Of a stretch of 53,746 nt of DNA, positions 11,791 to 23,633 are shown piece by piece. Every line of letters begins with the position of its first letter. The first letter of the stretch is position 1. The position numbers and the translations under genes are program-made. The notes under the pieces were generated by a model. It worked only from the letters and a program-made list of their open reading frames with translations, was not told the origin of the DNA and did no database searches. This stretch comes from Octopus sinensis (taxonomy: Eukaryota), in assembly GCF_006345805.1 (NCBI RefSeq), contig NW_021834888.1, positions 1 to 53,746 on the forward strand. The letters run 5' to 3'.

Positions 11791-12199
11791 CTGTTTGTCT
11801 CCCACCACCGCTTGACAATCAGTGTTGGTGTGTTTACATCCTCTTAACTTAGTAGTTCGGCAAAACTGACTGATACAAAAAGTACCAAGCTGAGAAAAAA
11901 ATGAAGTACCAGGGTTGATAAGTTTGACTGAAAATTTTTCAAGGCAGTGCCCCAGCATGGCCACAGCATGACTGAAATGAATTGAAGACAAAATATAAAA
12001 GATGTGTGCATGTATGTATGTGTGTGTGTATGTTTTTTTGTGTACCTATATGCAAGGGTGGGGTCTGTAAATATTGGCTCTAAACACAATAGTTTATTTT
12101 TTCTGTTGCTATGACATCAAGTTGCCAGGTTAACCATTTTTTAGGTGTGGTCACATGATTGTCTTACATTACGTATTGATTCTTAATATAGGCTACAAA

Positions 12200-12574
12200 G
12201 GTGGCGAGCTGGCAGAATCATTAGCATGCTGGGCGAAATGCTCAGCGGTATTTTGTCTGTCTTTACATTCTGAGTTCAAATTCCACCATGGTCGACTTTG
12301 CCTTTCATCCTTTCTGGGTCGATAAATTAAGTACCAGTTGTGTACAGGGGTCGATTTAATTGACTGGCTCCCTCCCCCAAAATTTTGGGCCTTGTGCCTA
12401 TAGTAGAAAGGATTATTATTATTATCATTCTGTGGAGGTCAACTTTACCTTTCATCATTTCGGGGTTGATAAACTAAGTACCAGTTGCGTACTGGGCTCA
12501 ATCTAATTGATTGGCCCCCTCCCCCAAAATTTTGGGCCTTGTTCCTATAGTAGAAAGGATTATTATTATTATTA

Positions 12575-12609
<35 letters not shown>

Positions 12610-12915
12610 CATCAAGGTCGACTTTACCTTTCATCCTTTCAGGGTTGACAAATTAAGTACCAGTTGCGTACTGGTTGTGATCTAATCGATTGGCCCCTTT
12701 TCCCAAAATTTTAGGCCTTGTGCCTATAGTAGAAAGGATTGTTGTTGTTGTTGTTATTATTATTATTATTACTATTACTATTATTCCATCGAGGTTGACT
12801 TTGCCCTTCATCCTTTCGGGGTAGATAAATTAAGTACCTGTTGCATACTGGGGTCGATCTAATCGACTGTCCCCCTCCCCCCAAAATTTTGGGCCTTGTG
12901 CCTAGAGTAGAAAAG
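12200..12915 (+). mobile_element. SINE family B followed by tandem core copies separated by (TAT)n
   Basis: The core CTTTCATCCTTT..GGGGT(C/T)GATAAATTAAGTACC..CCCCAAAATTTTGGGCCTTGTGCCTATAGTAGAAAGG occurs four times (about 12290, 12435, 12615, 12790). Confidence 0.85.
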
Positions 12916-13389
12916 AATATAGATAGGATACAAGGTGACATAATTTCGTGCAAAACGGTATCACCCAAATGCTACCAACACTAGTACTTCACTGGTACTT
13001 GTCTCATCCCTACCCTACACCTATCCTCACATCGCACCGGAAGGACGGGAAGTTAAGTTGACCTCAATGAGATTCAACCTGGATATAACGATAAAATATA
13101 TAATATATATTTTTTTTCCTGACATGTTTTTTCTCGTGATTTTCATGGTAAAGATATTAAATTGTATGTGCATGGGTTTAAGTGGGTTGGTGGTGGGCAG
13201 TTACAGAATGTAATAGAACTTGCATGCAGATATATGGTGTCGTAACATCATGTAATCTTGCATCTGACTGAACAAGATAGCTTCCCCCCCACTGGCAAAA
13301 AGAAACTGATAACATTTTTTTGGATTTTTCAAGAGATAATTAAGACAAAAATGTATTTTATTTTGTCAATTTTAATGTTCTTATCACCC

Positions 13390-13418
13390 ATAATTTATTA
13401 TTATTATTATTATTATTA

Positions 13419-13451
<33 letters not shown>

Positions 13452-13920
13452 ATTATTACTATTATTATTATTATTATCATTATTATTTTTATTACTATTA
13501 TTATTATATTATTATTATTATTATTATTATTATTTATTATTATTATTAATTATTATTATTATCATTATTATTAATATTATTATTACTATTATTATTATAT
13601 TATTATATTATTATTATTATTACTATTATTATTATTTTACTATTATTATATTATTATTATTATATTATTATTATTATTAATATTATTACTATTATTATTA
13701 TTATTATCATTATTATTTTTATTACTATTATTATTATTTATTATTATTATTATTAATTATTATTATTATCATTATTATTAATATTATTATTACTATTATT
13801 ATTATTATTACTATTATTATTATTATTACTATTATTATTATTATTACTATTATTATTATTATTATTATTATATTATTATTATTATTATTATTATTTCTAT
13901 TATTATTATTACTATTATTA

Positions 13921-13966
<46 letters not shown>

Positions 13967-13985
13967 CATTATTATTATTATTATT
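13390..13985. repeat. large (ATT)n microsatellite
   Basis: About 600 bp of imperfect TTA/ATT repeat. Confidence 0.95.
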
Positions 13986-14527
13986 GAGTGAGAGAGCAGT
14001 GCATGCCATCAATGTGACACAGGTAAAATATATGAAGCCCTGTATACCCGTCATGACTACCCGACTGATAAGGCTACACCAGGCACATGCATCACAACCT
14101 TATGTGATCTCATATCAAGATAAACATCACATGACCTTGCAGGTGGGGCCCAGTTAGGATTTTCTTCTGGTCAAGTAACCCATCCCACTTAAAAGGACCC
14201 TGAATAAGGGTTGTTTAAGGATGTTGAACGAAACACCCATGTTTCCAGAGGTGAAATATTCAAACCCCAAAGAATCCCCCTCAACACATGGCTATGATGT
14301 TCCCCCACTACTTCTGCTTGTGATCAGAGATACACATATCGTCAGCCACTAAGGGACATGCTCAACTGTTTAAGGTCAAACAACTGACAAGCAAATCTGT
14401 GGTATTGAACAGAATATTTTCTGTAGCCCATCTTTTATACCAAGACAAAACAACGTACATGATAACACTTCCAATCAGTTAAGACCAGAAGCCACGAGAG
14501 CTACTGCCTGGTACTGCATCAGGGCAT
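13986..14527 (-). mobile_element. ~540-bp interspersed repeat embedded in (TAA)n; possibly non-autonomous R4/Dong-type
   Basis: Complex non-coding sequence flanked directly on both sides by (ATT)n. Insertion into TAA repeats is the known preference of Dong elements; the family assignment is inference. Confidence 0.4.
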
Positions 14528-15119
14528 TTATTATTATTATTATCATTATTATTATTATTATTATTATTGTTATTATTATTATTATTATTATTATATATAG
14601 GGCAAAGACAGCAAGTTGGTACAGTTGTTAACATGTTAGCATGTCTGTGAAAATGCTTGGTGGCATTGTGTTTGTCTCTATACTCAGAGTTCTAATTTGG
14701 CTGAGGTCAACTTGGTATTTCATTCTTTTGGGGTCAATGAAGCACTGGGGTCAATGTTATCAACTTACCCCCTCTCCCAAAGTTGCTGGCCATGTGTCAA
14801 AATATAAAACCGCTGCCACAGCCGCCACTGCCACCACCACCACCTGTTGACAAAATGCAGCAGATGGTCCCACCAAGTACAGCTTCTGTGTGCCATTATG
14901 GCACACGAGTTTGTAAGCAGTGATCATCAAGTTTTGAATTTCACCTCTATGTATGAAGTGTGTCAGTATTTATACATTACTTTGAAAATAAAATACCAAT
15001 TTTTTTTTCCTTTCAATTTTCATTTTATTTCCCTGTAATCAAGTTCAATGCTTTATTGGACAGAGAAGATGGATGTTTTTGAAAAATTCACAAAATCATT
15101 AATTTTAACTGGAAACAAA

Positions 15120-15770
15120 TTTTATTGACATCAATGCGTTGAATTAGCATTTGTCAACATCAAGTGCGGAAAACAACATCCGACATGTGGTTTCCATTTT
15201 CATTGATGTATTTCTGAAGGTGTTCTTGGATGTTAGCCTTCACTCTTTCCAGCATTGCCCTGTGCCCAATGACCAATTTGTACAGGTGGAAATGCAGATC
15301 TTCATGCAAAATATGCCTTACCAATTGATTACCAATGCCAAATTCAATGGAATGCCTCTGAGCAGAGCGCTTCAGACTCCATATTAAAGCTTGTCGGACG
15401 CACTCCACATTTTCCGGGGTCTGTACAGTTTGTGGTGTTCCACCGGTCTGCTATTCATTAGTGTACCTTGTGTACAAAGTGCATTCATGCAACATAAGAT
15501 TGTGTTACGGGTGGGAATAGCCTAATTTCAGTGAATGTTGAAGTGGTGCTGAAATTCACACTGAACTGTCTCATTATTCTTCATGTAACTGTTGTAGGCA
15601 AACATGCAATACTCTATCGTCCACAGCACCCATGGCTTCACCTGAAATGAAAAAAAAAAATGGTAAGACATCATGGACTAAATGGGACCTGTTGGACATA
15701 TGTCCCTCCCCTCCTGGGGCTGAGTAATAGCCATTTCAAAAATGTCCGTCCTCTCTACCCAACCCTGTAC
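15120..15770 (-). mobile_element. internally deleted Tc1/mariner-superfamily transposon
   Basis: ORF 15160..15408 fuses an N-terminal segment (VRQALIWSLKRSAQRHS..VRHILHEDLHFHLYK) to a C-terminal segment (RVKANIQEHLQKYINENGNHMSDVVFRT). End CCAACCCTGTA is the reverse of a TACAGGGTTGG TIR. Confidence 0.75.
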
Positions 15771-16260
15771 CTTACATGAAACCTAACACCTATGGAGTAA
15801 TAAAGTAAAATGGAGAATGGCAGATGTGTACTGAAACATTTTAACTCTTTAACATTCAGATTATTCTTGTCAGATGCAATATTTATTCGTCCACATTCTC
15901 TTGGATTAATCATGCATTGAAGACCTGTCAACCAAGTGAGACCATAGTTGTGACTGATGCTGGTGTCACATTAATGGCATCAATGCTGGTGGCATGTAAA
16001 AAGCACCCACTATACTCATGGAGTGGTTGGCACTAGGAACGGCATCCAGGTATAGAAACCTTGCCAAATCAGACTGGAACCTGGTGCAGCCGACCCCCCG
16101 TCCCCAGCTTACCGGTTTTCGGTCAAACCATCCAACCCATGCCAGCATGGAAAACAGACATTAAATGATGACGATGATGATGATGATGATGATTAGAGAT
16201 TTCGATGAGGTGATTGTTTATGATTTGAATGACATTGTCAGGTAAACAGATATTTTGCTT

Positions 16261-17030
16261 AAAAGCACCCAATCCACACTGTAAAGTGGTTCGCATTTGG
16301 AAGGGCGTCCAGCTGTAAAAACCATGTCAAAACTGACCTCACATGTGCTGGTGCCACGTAAAAAGCACTCGGACCACTCTGCAGAGTGGTTGGTGTTAGG
16401 AAGGGCATCCAGCTGTAAAAACCATGTCAAAACTGACCTCATGTGCTGGTGCCACGTAAAAAGCACTCGGACCACTCTGCAGAGTGGTTGGTGTTAGGAA
16501 GGGCATCCAGCTGTAAAAACCATGCCAAAACTGACCTCATGTGCTGGTGCCACGTAAAAAGCACTCGGACCACTCTGCAGGGTGGTTGGTGTTAGGAAGG
16601 GCATCCAGCTGTAAAAACCATGCCAAAACTGACCTCACATGTGCTGGTGCCACGTAAAAAGCACTCGGACCACTCTGCAGAGTGGTTGGTGTTAGGAAGG
16701 GCATCTAGCTGTGAGAGCCATGTCAAAACTGACCTCATGTGCTGGTGCCACGTAAAAAGCACTCGGACCACTCTGCGGGGTGGTTGGTGTTAGGAAGGGC
16801 ATCCAGCTGTAAAAACCATGCCAAAACTGACCTCACATGTGCTGGTGCCATGTAAAAAGCACTCGGACCACTCTGCAGAGTGGTTGGTGTTAGGAAGGGC
16901 ATCTAGCTGTGAGAGCCATGTCAAAACAGACACAGAAGTCTGGTGCAATCCCCAGCCTGGCCAGCTCCTGTCAAACTGTCCAACCTATGTCAGCATGGAA
17001 GGTGGACACTAAACGATGATGAAGATGATG
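16261..17030 (+). repeat. SINE-C whose 5' 98-100 bp is amplified into six tandem units
   Basis: Unit starts at 16321, 16421, 16519, 16617, 16717, 16815 and 16915; normal SINE tail and (GAT)n follow. Confidence 0.9.
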
Positions 17031-17132
17031 ATGATAAAAATGCTCTAAAACCTCAAAAACTGAAATTCGCAGCATTATAGGACCCAGGGATTTCAGATAA
17101 AAGATTCTCAACTGTGTAACACTACTATGGCA

Positions 17133-17341
17133 TCAGCCAGGTTTGCCATACCTAGCTGGAACCCAACCTAGGCACCCATATCTACGGCGTTCGCCGCTGG
17201 AGTAAGGAGTGGTTGGAGATCACGCGGTCGTTAGCCTCAGATCGCCAGGCCTGGTCAGCGTTTGTGAGAGATGCAGCATTGGGGACGAATGAAGCCAGCT
17301 CAACCCACCCCGGGTGGATGCTGTCTCAAGACAAGAAGAAC
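17133..17341 (+). mobile_element. RTE-clade LINE 3' fragment
   Basis: Translates GTHIYGVRRWSKEWLEITRSLASDRQAWSAFVRDA..ASSTHPG, an RTE C-terminal pattern; TSD ACTATGGCA at 17124-17132 and 17342-17350. Confidence 0.75.
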
Positions 17342-17735
17342 ACTATGGCACTCTCAAATGTTGCAATCCACTGAGGAAAAATAAATTCGGAAAGCAAATT
17401 GCTATGTATTTCATAGTCTGAGGCAGAAAGAACTGCGACCCCCTAGCTCTCTATATGAACTTGGTGAGGTCAATGAGGTCGATAGGGTCACTAGGCAAAA
17501 AGAAGACATTGTTTTATTTTATTGTAAAAACAATTAAACTTATATCAAATATTTTTATTAGGTTTTAATTTTGAATTAACATTTCCAGCAACAACAACAA
17601 CAAGAACAAGAATAACACCAACCATGATGTTAATAAAAACAACAACAACAGCTGCAACAACAATTATGCAGCTGTAATAACTAAATTCATGTATTGCGAT
17701 ATATATAAATATGTATATATATATATATATGTATG

Positions 17736-17773
<38 letters not shown>

Positions 17774-18104
17774 TAGATAGATATATTACAGTATATTATT
17801 ATTATATTGTATGATGTATTACATGTATTTTGGCAGCTGCAACAACAACAACAACAACAACAAACATTAACAAAAATGGTAAGGGAGCCAGTGAGCTTCT
17901 TTGCTCGTTACTTGGTCTGCACGAAATAGCAGCCAAATTTCTCCTCAAACCACATCCTAGAATTATACAAAAGTAAGGACACATTCAATTAAGTTGGTCT
18001 TTATATACTCCTTGAAAAGATGGGCTGATCATGACAGTAACACTTGGTGGATCAGCTCTGGCCTAGGGCTAAAATATTACTACTATTGTTACTACTATTA
18101 TTAC

Positions 18105-18690
18105 TGGCATGTAGTTAAGAAGCTTGCTTTGCAACCGTGAGGTTTTGGGTTCAGTCCTACTGCATGACACGTTGGGCAAATGTCTTCTACTATAGCCCTG
18201 GACCTACCAATGCCTTGTGAGTGAACTTGGAGGGTCAAAACTGTGAGAAAGCCTGTTGTATATGTGTGTGTTTGTCTGTTTGTATTTGTCTGCCCCTCCT
18301 CCTCTTCTTCCTCCTGCTTCTCTTCTTCCTCATGCTTCTCTTCCTCCTGCTCCTCTTCTTCCTCCTGCTCCTCTTCTTCTTCCTCCTCTTCTTCTTCCTC
18401 CTGCTCCTCCTCCTTCTGCTCCTCTTCTTCCTCCTGCTCCTCTTCTTCCTGCTGCTCCTCCTGCTCTTCCTGCTCCTCCTCCTGCTCTTACACCTCCTCT
18501 TGACAACCAGTGTTGGTTTGTTTATGTCCCTGTAACTTAGCAATTCAGTAAAAGAGACCGATAGAATAAGTACCATTGTTTGATAACAGACGTAAGTCCT
18601 TGGGTTGATTTGTTTTGAGTAAAATCTCTTCTGGACAGTGCCCCATCATGGCCACAGTCCAATGATTGAAACAGCTAAAAGATGAGAGAT
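18105..18690 (+). mobile_element. SINE family A with internal (CTT/CCT)n expansion
   Basis: Head, central domain and tail recognisable around the 18295-18500 triplet repeat. Confidence 0.75.
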
Positions 18691-19079
18691 AGGCTCAGGG
18701 CCACACTTGTGGTGGTGGTAGTGGGAGTGGTGGAGAATGGGTATAGATGATTAAATCTACCCCATTATATGACTGGTATTTCATTTTGTATTCTTTTCAA
18801 TGCTGATAGAATAAAATGCAAAATCAACATTGTTGGGATTTGAACTCTGAATGTAAAGGATTCTGACTAAATAGCACAGACATTTTGTCTAACGCTCTAC
18901 TGATTCTACCAGTCTGCTACCGTGATACTGTATTAACAACAATAGCAACAGGAAGAACAATATTTGGTCACACCCACTGACTATGTAATTACAAATGCTT
19001 GAAAGGAAAGACCATCTGGACATAGCAGGAGATGGTGTGGGGAGGTCAGGTTGTGGTCAAGCTGTTGTGGGGTGGAAGT

Positions 19080-19750
19080 ATCATCATCATCATCATCACT
19101 GTTGGTAGCCATTACAATAATAGCATCATCATCATCATCATCACTGTCTTTGTTATCATCATCATCGTCATCATTATCATTGTCACCACCACACCAGCTG
19201 CAGCAGCAATAACATCATCATTCTCATTGTTGTTGTTGTTGTCATAATTGTCATCATCAGCAGCAGTGACAGTGACATCCGTCATCATCATCACAGTTCA
19301 CATCAATGATAACATCTCCATCACTACTTTCATTACCAGCATCATCATTAATGCTCTCCTCCCCTCCTTTTCTTCCTCCTCCTCCTCCTCCTGCTCCTCC
19401 TCCTGCTCCTCTTCCTCCTCCTCCTTTTCCTCCTCTTCCTCCTGCTCCTCCCCTGCTTCTCCCCTGCTCCTCCTCCTGCTCCTTCCCTGCCCCTTCTGCT
19501 ACCCCTCCTACTCCTCCCCTGCCCCTTCTGCTTCCCCTCCTGCTCTCCTCCCCTGCTCTCCTCCCCTGCTCTCCTCCTCCGCTGCTCTCCTCCTCTGCTG
19601 CCTTCCCTCCTCCACTGCTCTCCTCCTCCGCTGCTCTCCTCCACTGCTCCTCTCTCCTCCACTGCTCCTCTCTCCTCCACTGCTCCTCTCTCCTCCACTG
19701 CTCCTCTCTCCTCCACTGCTCTCCTCCTCCTCCTCCCATGCCCCCTCCTC
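19080..19750. repeat. (ATC)n and (CCT/CTG)n low-complexity tracts with a 21-bp sub-repeat
   Basis: CTCTCCTCCACTGCTCCT-type unit repeated about five times at 19630-19720. Confidence 0.9.
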
Positions 19751-19980
19751 AGACTTGATCCCTGAGAGACTTTTGTCTGTGCTTTGGTTCATCAGTTCAG
19801 GTCTGGGACAGCTTGCCATTTTATTATTCTGGATCTTAAGGGCAGCAAAATAATTGCAGAATTGTTACTGCACTGGACAGAATACTTAGCGGCATTTTCT
19901 CCCAGCTTTATGTTCTGAGTTCAAATTCCGCTGAGGCTGATTTTGTCTTTCATCCCTTCAGGGCCAGTAAAATAAATACC

Positions 19981-20214
19981 TATTTCTTTACTACCCACAA
20001 GGGGCTAAACACAGAGAGGACAAACAAGGAAAGACAAACGGATTAAATCGATTACATCGACCCCAGTGCGTAACTGGTACTTATTTAATCGATCCCGAAA
20101 GGATGAAAGGCAAAGTCGACCTCGGCGGAATTTGAACTCAGAACCTAACGAAAGACGAAATACCACAAAGCATTTCGCCCGGCGTGCTAACGTTTCTGCC
20201 AGCTCGCTGCCTTA
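19981..20214 (-). mobile_element. young SINE family B inserted into an older SINE-B
   Basis: 13-bp TSD TAAAATAAA(T/C)ACC at 19968-19980 and 20215-20227; the host copy continues on both sides. Confidence 0.85.
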
Positions 20215-20404
20215 TAAAATAAACACCAATTGAGTACTGGGGTTGGGTGATGTTATTGACTAACCTCACCCCCAAAATTTTAGGCCTTGTGCTTATAGTC
20301 GAAAGAAAAAAAAAAAAAATTGCTCTGATCATAAACTTGACTTCTGACACATTTTGACCCATTGCGCTTGGTCACAGATGTAAGCCACTCCTTATCTTGT
20401 GTAA

Positions 20405-20672
20405 CCTTCTTCAACTTCCACTTTTCTCCTTTTGTCGCCACCATTTACATATAGCATTCAATATTTGACCGTGTGTGTATCATTGGCGAATTTTTTTCCT
20501 CCATCTTCTTTTCCTTGGATCTTTCCTTTCCCTATGTTTCTGACGAAGAGCTCCACTCGAAACGTTAAACCCTCCTTCTTTCTTTCCTTTCCTGAGCATC
20601 CAATTACACTATACTTGTTCCATGTCCTCGCGTTGTTGTGTTTTCTCTTTGTGTTTTCATGTTTGGATTAAC
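20405..20672 (+). mobile_element. Penelope-like non-autonomous repeat (family X)
   Basis: Homologous to 32270-32470(-); both carry a hammerhead and end in GGATTAACT. Confidence 0.65.
20536..20570 (+). ncRNA. minimal type I hammerhead motif (family X)
   Basis: GUUU-CUGACGA-A-GAG cucca CUC-GAAAC-GUU-AAAC; palindromic AACGUU stem III region. Confidence 0.7.
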
Positions 20673-20677
20673 TTTAT

Positions 20678-21460
20678 TTATGACAAGATGTATGTATAAC
20701 TAGCAGTATCGCCCGGCGTTGCTCGGGTTTGTAAGGGAAATAACTATACAGCATTTTTAGAGAGTTATAGCCAAAAAATAGCAAAAAATGCATTAAAAAT
20801 GGAAAAAATATGATGGTAAATTTTAAAAAAAATCGTTGACTCATCGTAGACATTTTTAGAGAGTTACTTCCCTTTAAAAAAATATGCATGAAAATGGAAA
20901 AAAATTATGGTAAATTATTTTTAAAATCGTAGACTTATCGTAGACGCGCGCTAATACCCAGAAGGGCTTGATATGAATCACGACTATAAGATACCCGGTT
21001 TTGGTTAAACTGCACCGCAAAATGTAGGAGTAGTTAGGAATCTAAATCGAAGGGGACAGACACTCACACAACTACAGTTTTATATATATAGATTACTCTG
21101 GTTGTAAACAAAATTATGACAAGATGCATGTGTATCATAACTACAACTAGACCGATTTATGACAAGTCACAGCATCCATAGCGACTGTAAACCAATTCAT
21201 GTTGAAACAGCAGATATTAGTAACTATGATTATAAACTGACTTATGACAAGTCATGACACCTGTTGTGACTCTAAACTAATTTATGAAGACAAGACAGCA
21301 GATATTGTGACTGTAAACTGCATTTATGACAAGACTCAGCATAAGTAGTGACTATGACCATTAACTTATGATGAGTTGTATTTATCTTGTCATAAATAAA
21401 TCCAGTCATCACTGCCAAAATGTGTAGTGACTATAAATTCTTATTTGACAAGACATAGAA
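20678..21460. repeat. degenerate ~40-45 bp minisatellite with conserved TTATGACAAG, interrupted by the Helitron
   Basis: TTATGACAAG(-like) motifs at about 20678, 21112, 21156, 21242, 21281 and 21324; one inverted copy CTTGTCATAA at about 21387. Confidence 0.75.
20700..21092 (-). mobile_element. non-autonomous Helitron
   Basis: Minus strand starts A|TC(TATATATATAAAA) and ends CTAG|T, with hairpin CCCGAGCAACGCCGGG about 12 nt upstream of the end; no TSD. Confidence 0.9.
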
Positions 21461-21502
21461 ATTATGAAAAACGTTTCTTAACCCACTCCAAAAAAAAAAT
21501 AG

Positions 21503-21664
21503 GCACAGGAGTGGCTATGTGGTAAGTAGCTTGCTAACCAGCCACATGGTTCCGGGTTCAATCCCACTGCGTGGCATGTTGGGCAAGTGTCTTCTGCTAT
21601 AGCCCCGGGCCGACCAATGCCTTGTGAGTGGATTTGGTAGACGGAAACTTAAAGAAGCCTGTCG

Positions 21665-21695
<31 letters not shown>

Positions 21696-21922
21696 AATAT
21701 TAGGGAATAAATCCAAATTTACAGGGAAAAAATCAGATTTAGGATTAAATCCAATTTTATAGTAAAATATTATATAATATTATTAGAGACAAAACCGATC
21801 AGGACAAGAATTAAAGAAACAATTGTAGTGGCGGTTTTTTTGACTTTTTATTAAAATTTTATGTATTGATTAAGTCTTTCCTTGTTTGTTTTGCAAAATA
21901 GTGGTTTTGTCTCTAATAATAT

Positions 21923-21953
<31 letters not shown>

Positions 21954-22150
21954 CTGTGTTTGTCCCCCTAGCATTGCTTGACAACCGATGCTGGTGTGTT
22001 TACGTCCCCGTAACTTAGCGGTTCGGCAAAAGAGACCGATAGAATAAGTACTGGGCTTACAAAGAATAAGTCCCGGGGTCGAGTTGCTCGACTAAAGGTG
22101 GTGCTCCAGCATGGCCGCAGTCAAATGACTGAAACAAGTAAAAAAAGAGA
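21503..22150 (+). mobile_element. SINE family A with an AT-rich insertion in its internal microsatellite
   Basis: Intact head (21503-21665) and tail (21930-22150). Confidence 0.85.
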
Positions 22151-23633
22151 GAGAGTAACCCATGAAAATTCATTTTTTATTTTCACCATTTTAATTATTT
22201 ATGTACTTATTTACAAGCCCTGGTTTTAATGAAATATATGCAAATATGTTTCAGAATTTTCCGTATTTTTCTTTTTTTTCTTTTCCATTTACAGAAGTTA
22301 GAAATGTTATTTTAAATATCACAATTTTCATTTTTTTTTCTTCTGTTTTACAAAAGCAACAACAAAAAAAGGAAAACTGAGTAAATTTTAAATTTAGTTT
22401 ATTTTTTTTTGTTTTTCTCCCACTTCTTTTTTTCTCTCATTGCTCTCCCTCTCTCTCTCTTTATACTCCTCTCTCTCTCTAGCCTCCTCTCTCTCTAGCC
22501 TCCTCTCTCTCTAGCCTCCTCTCTTGTCTCTAGTCTCTCACTCCTCCCCTCTAGCGTCATCTCTCTTCTCTGTCTAGTCCTGCCTTTCCTTGTGTGTGTG
22601 CATATGTATGGGTTTTGGGCATAGATGCATGTGTGTGTGTTGGTATGGATGCATGGGTGTGTGACTTATGGGGTGGTGTGTGTGTGCGTGTGTGTGTGAG
22701 TTATATGTATGTAATATATGTGTATGTATGTAGGTTGATGTATGTATATATGCATGCGTGTGCATATGTGCATGTGTGTATGTGTGTGTGTGTGTGCATG
22801 TGTGTATGTTTGTGCGTGTGTGTATGTGTGTGCGGTGTGTATGTGTGTGCGTGTATGTATGTGTGTGCGTAAATAATATTTTTCTATCTCTTATTGTTAA
22901 AAATTCTTCAGAAATACAAAAGTGGTTAGAAGCAGCAAGTGAATTTGGTCAAGTCTGGTCAGAAATTCTGCTCAGGGAAGAAAGAAAGAAAGAGAGAGAA
23001 AAAGAAAGAGAGAGAGAAAGAAAGAGAGAGAGAAAGAAAGAGAGAGAGAAAGAAAGAGAGAGGGAAAGAAGAGAGAGGTGGTGGTGGTGGTGGTGGTGGA
23101 GGCTTGTTGTGATGGTGGTTGCTTGTGGTAGGTGGTGGTAGTGTTGGTGGTGTTGTGTTGACCACTTATATCTGAAGTAGTTTACTTCAGAATACTAAGT
23201 ATGAAGGAAGTGATTAAATTGTTATAAACCCCCCCCCCAAAAAAAAATATTCCTTCCTCCTTTCTTTTGTTTCCTTTTGTGAAATTTCACTTTCAAATAC
23301 CTTGTTGTTGTTGTTTTAAGCCCAGCTCAGAGTCCTAACTGACCAGTCAGCGCTGTCTTTCCAACCTCATGGGCCCCAGAGTAAAACAATGAACTGGATA
23401 TTCCACAGTTATTTATTGGCCAGAAGCCACAGATACTTAAATTTTTTCAAGGCTCTATTAACTAATCCTTTCTTATTTTGGCACAAGGCCAGCAATTTTG
23501 AAGAATGGGAATGAGAGGATGAAATGCAAGTTGACCTCAGCCGGATTTGAACTCGGAACTTAGAGATGGATGAAATGTCACAAAACATTTTGCCTGACAG
23601 ATCTGCTAGCTTATTATACCAAAAATATATTAA

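Noticed and set aside
16321-16915. CRISPR-like array
   Set aside because: Units are contiguous SINE-derived repeats with no unique spacers, in eukaryotic DNA with no cas genes.
19770-19800. CUGAUGA on the minus strand near a CCT tract
   Set aside because: No stem II pairing and no GAAA.
18221-19853. Poly-Ser/Pro/Leu/Arg/Gly ORFs
   Set aside because: Translations of CTT/CCT/CTG triplet repeats, one inside a SINE.
22880-22980. CUGAAGA..GAAA on the minus strand, and an exon-like frame EIQKWLEAASEFGQVWSEILL on the plus strand
   Set aside because: Hammerhead stems I and III do not form; the frame has no convincing donor and runs into a GA microsatellite.
23171-23191. 9-bp hairpin TCTGAAGTA-GTT-TACTTCAGA
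   Set aside because: Short and isolated; expected by chance in AT-rich DNA.
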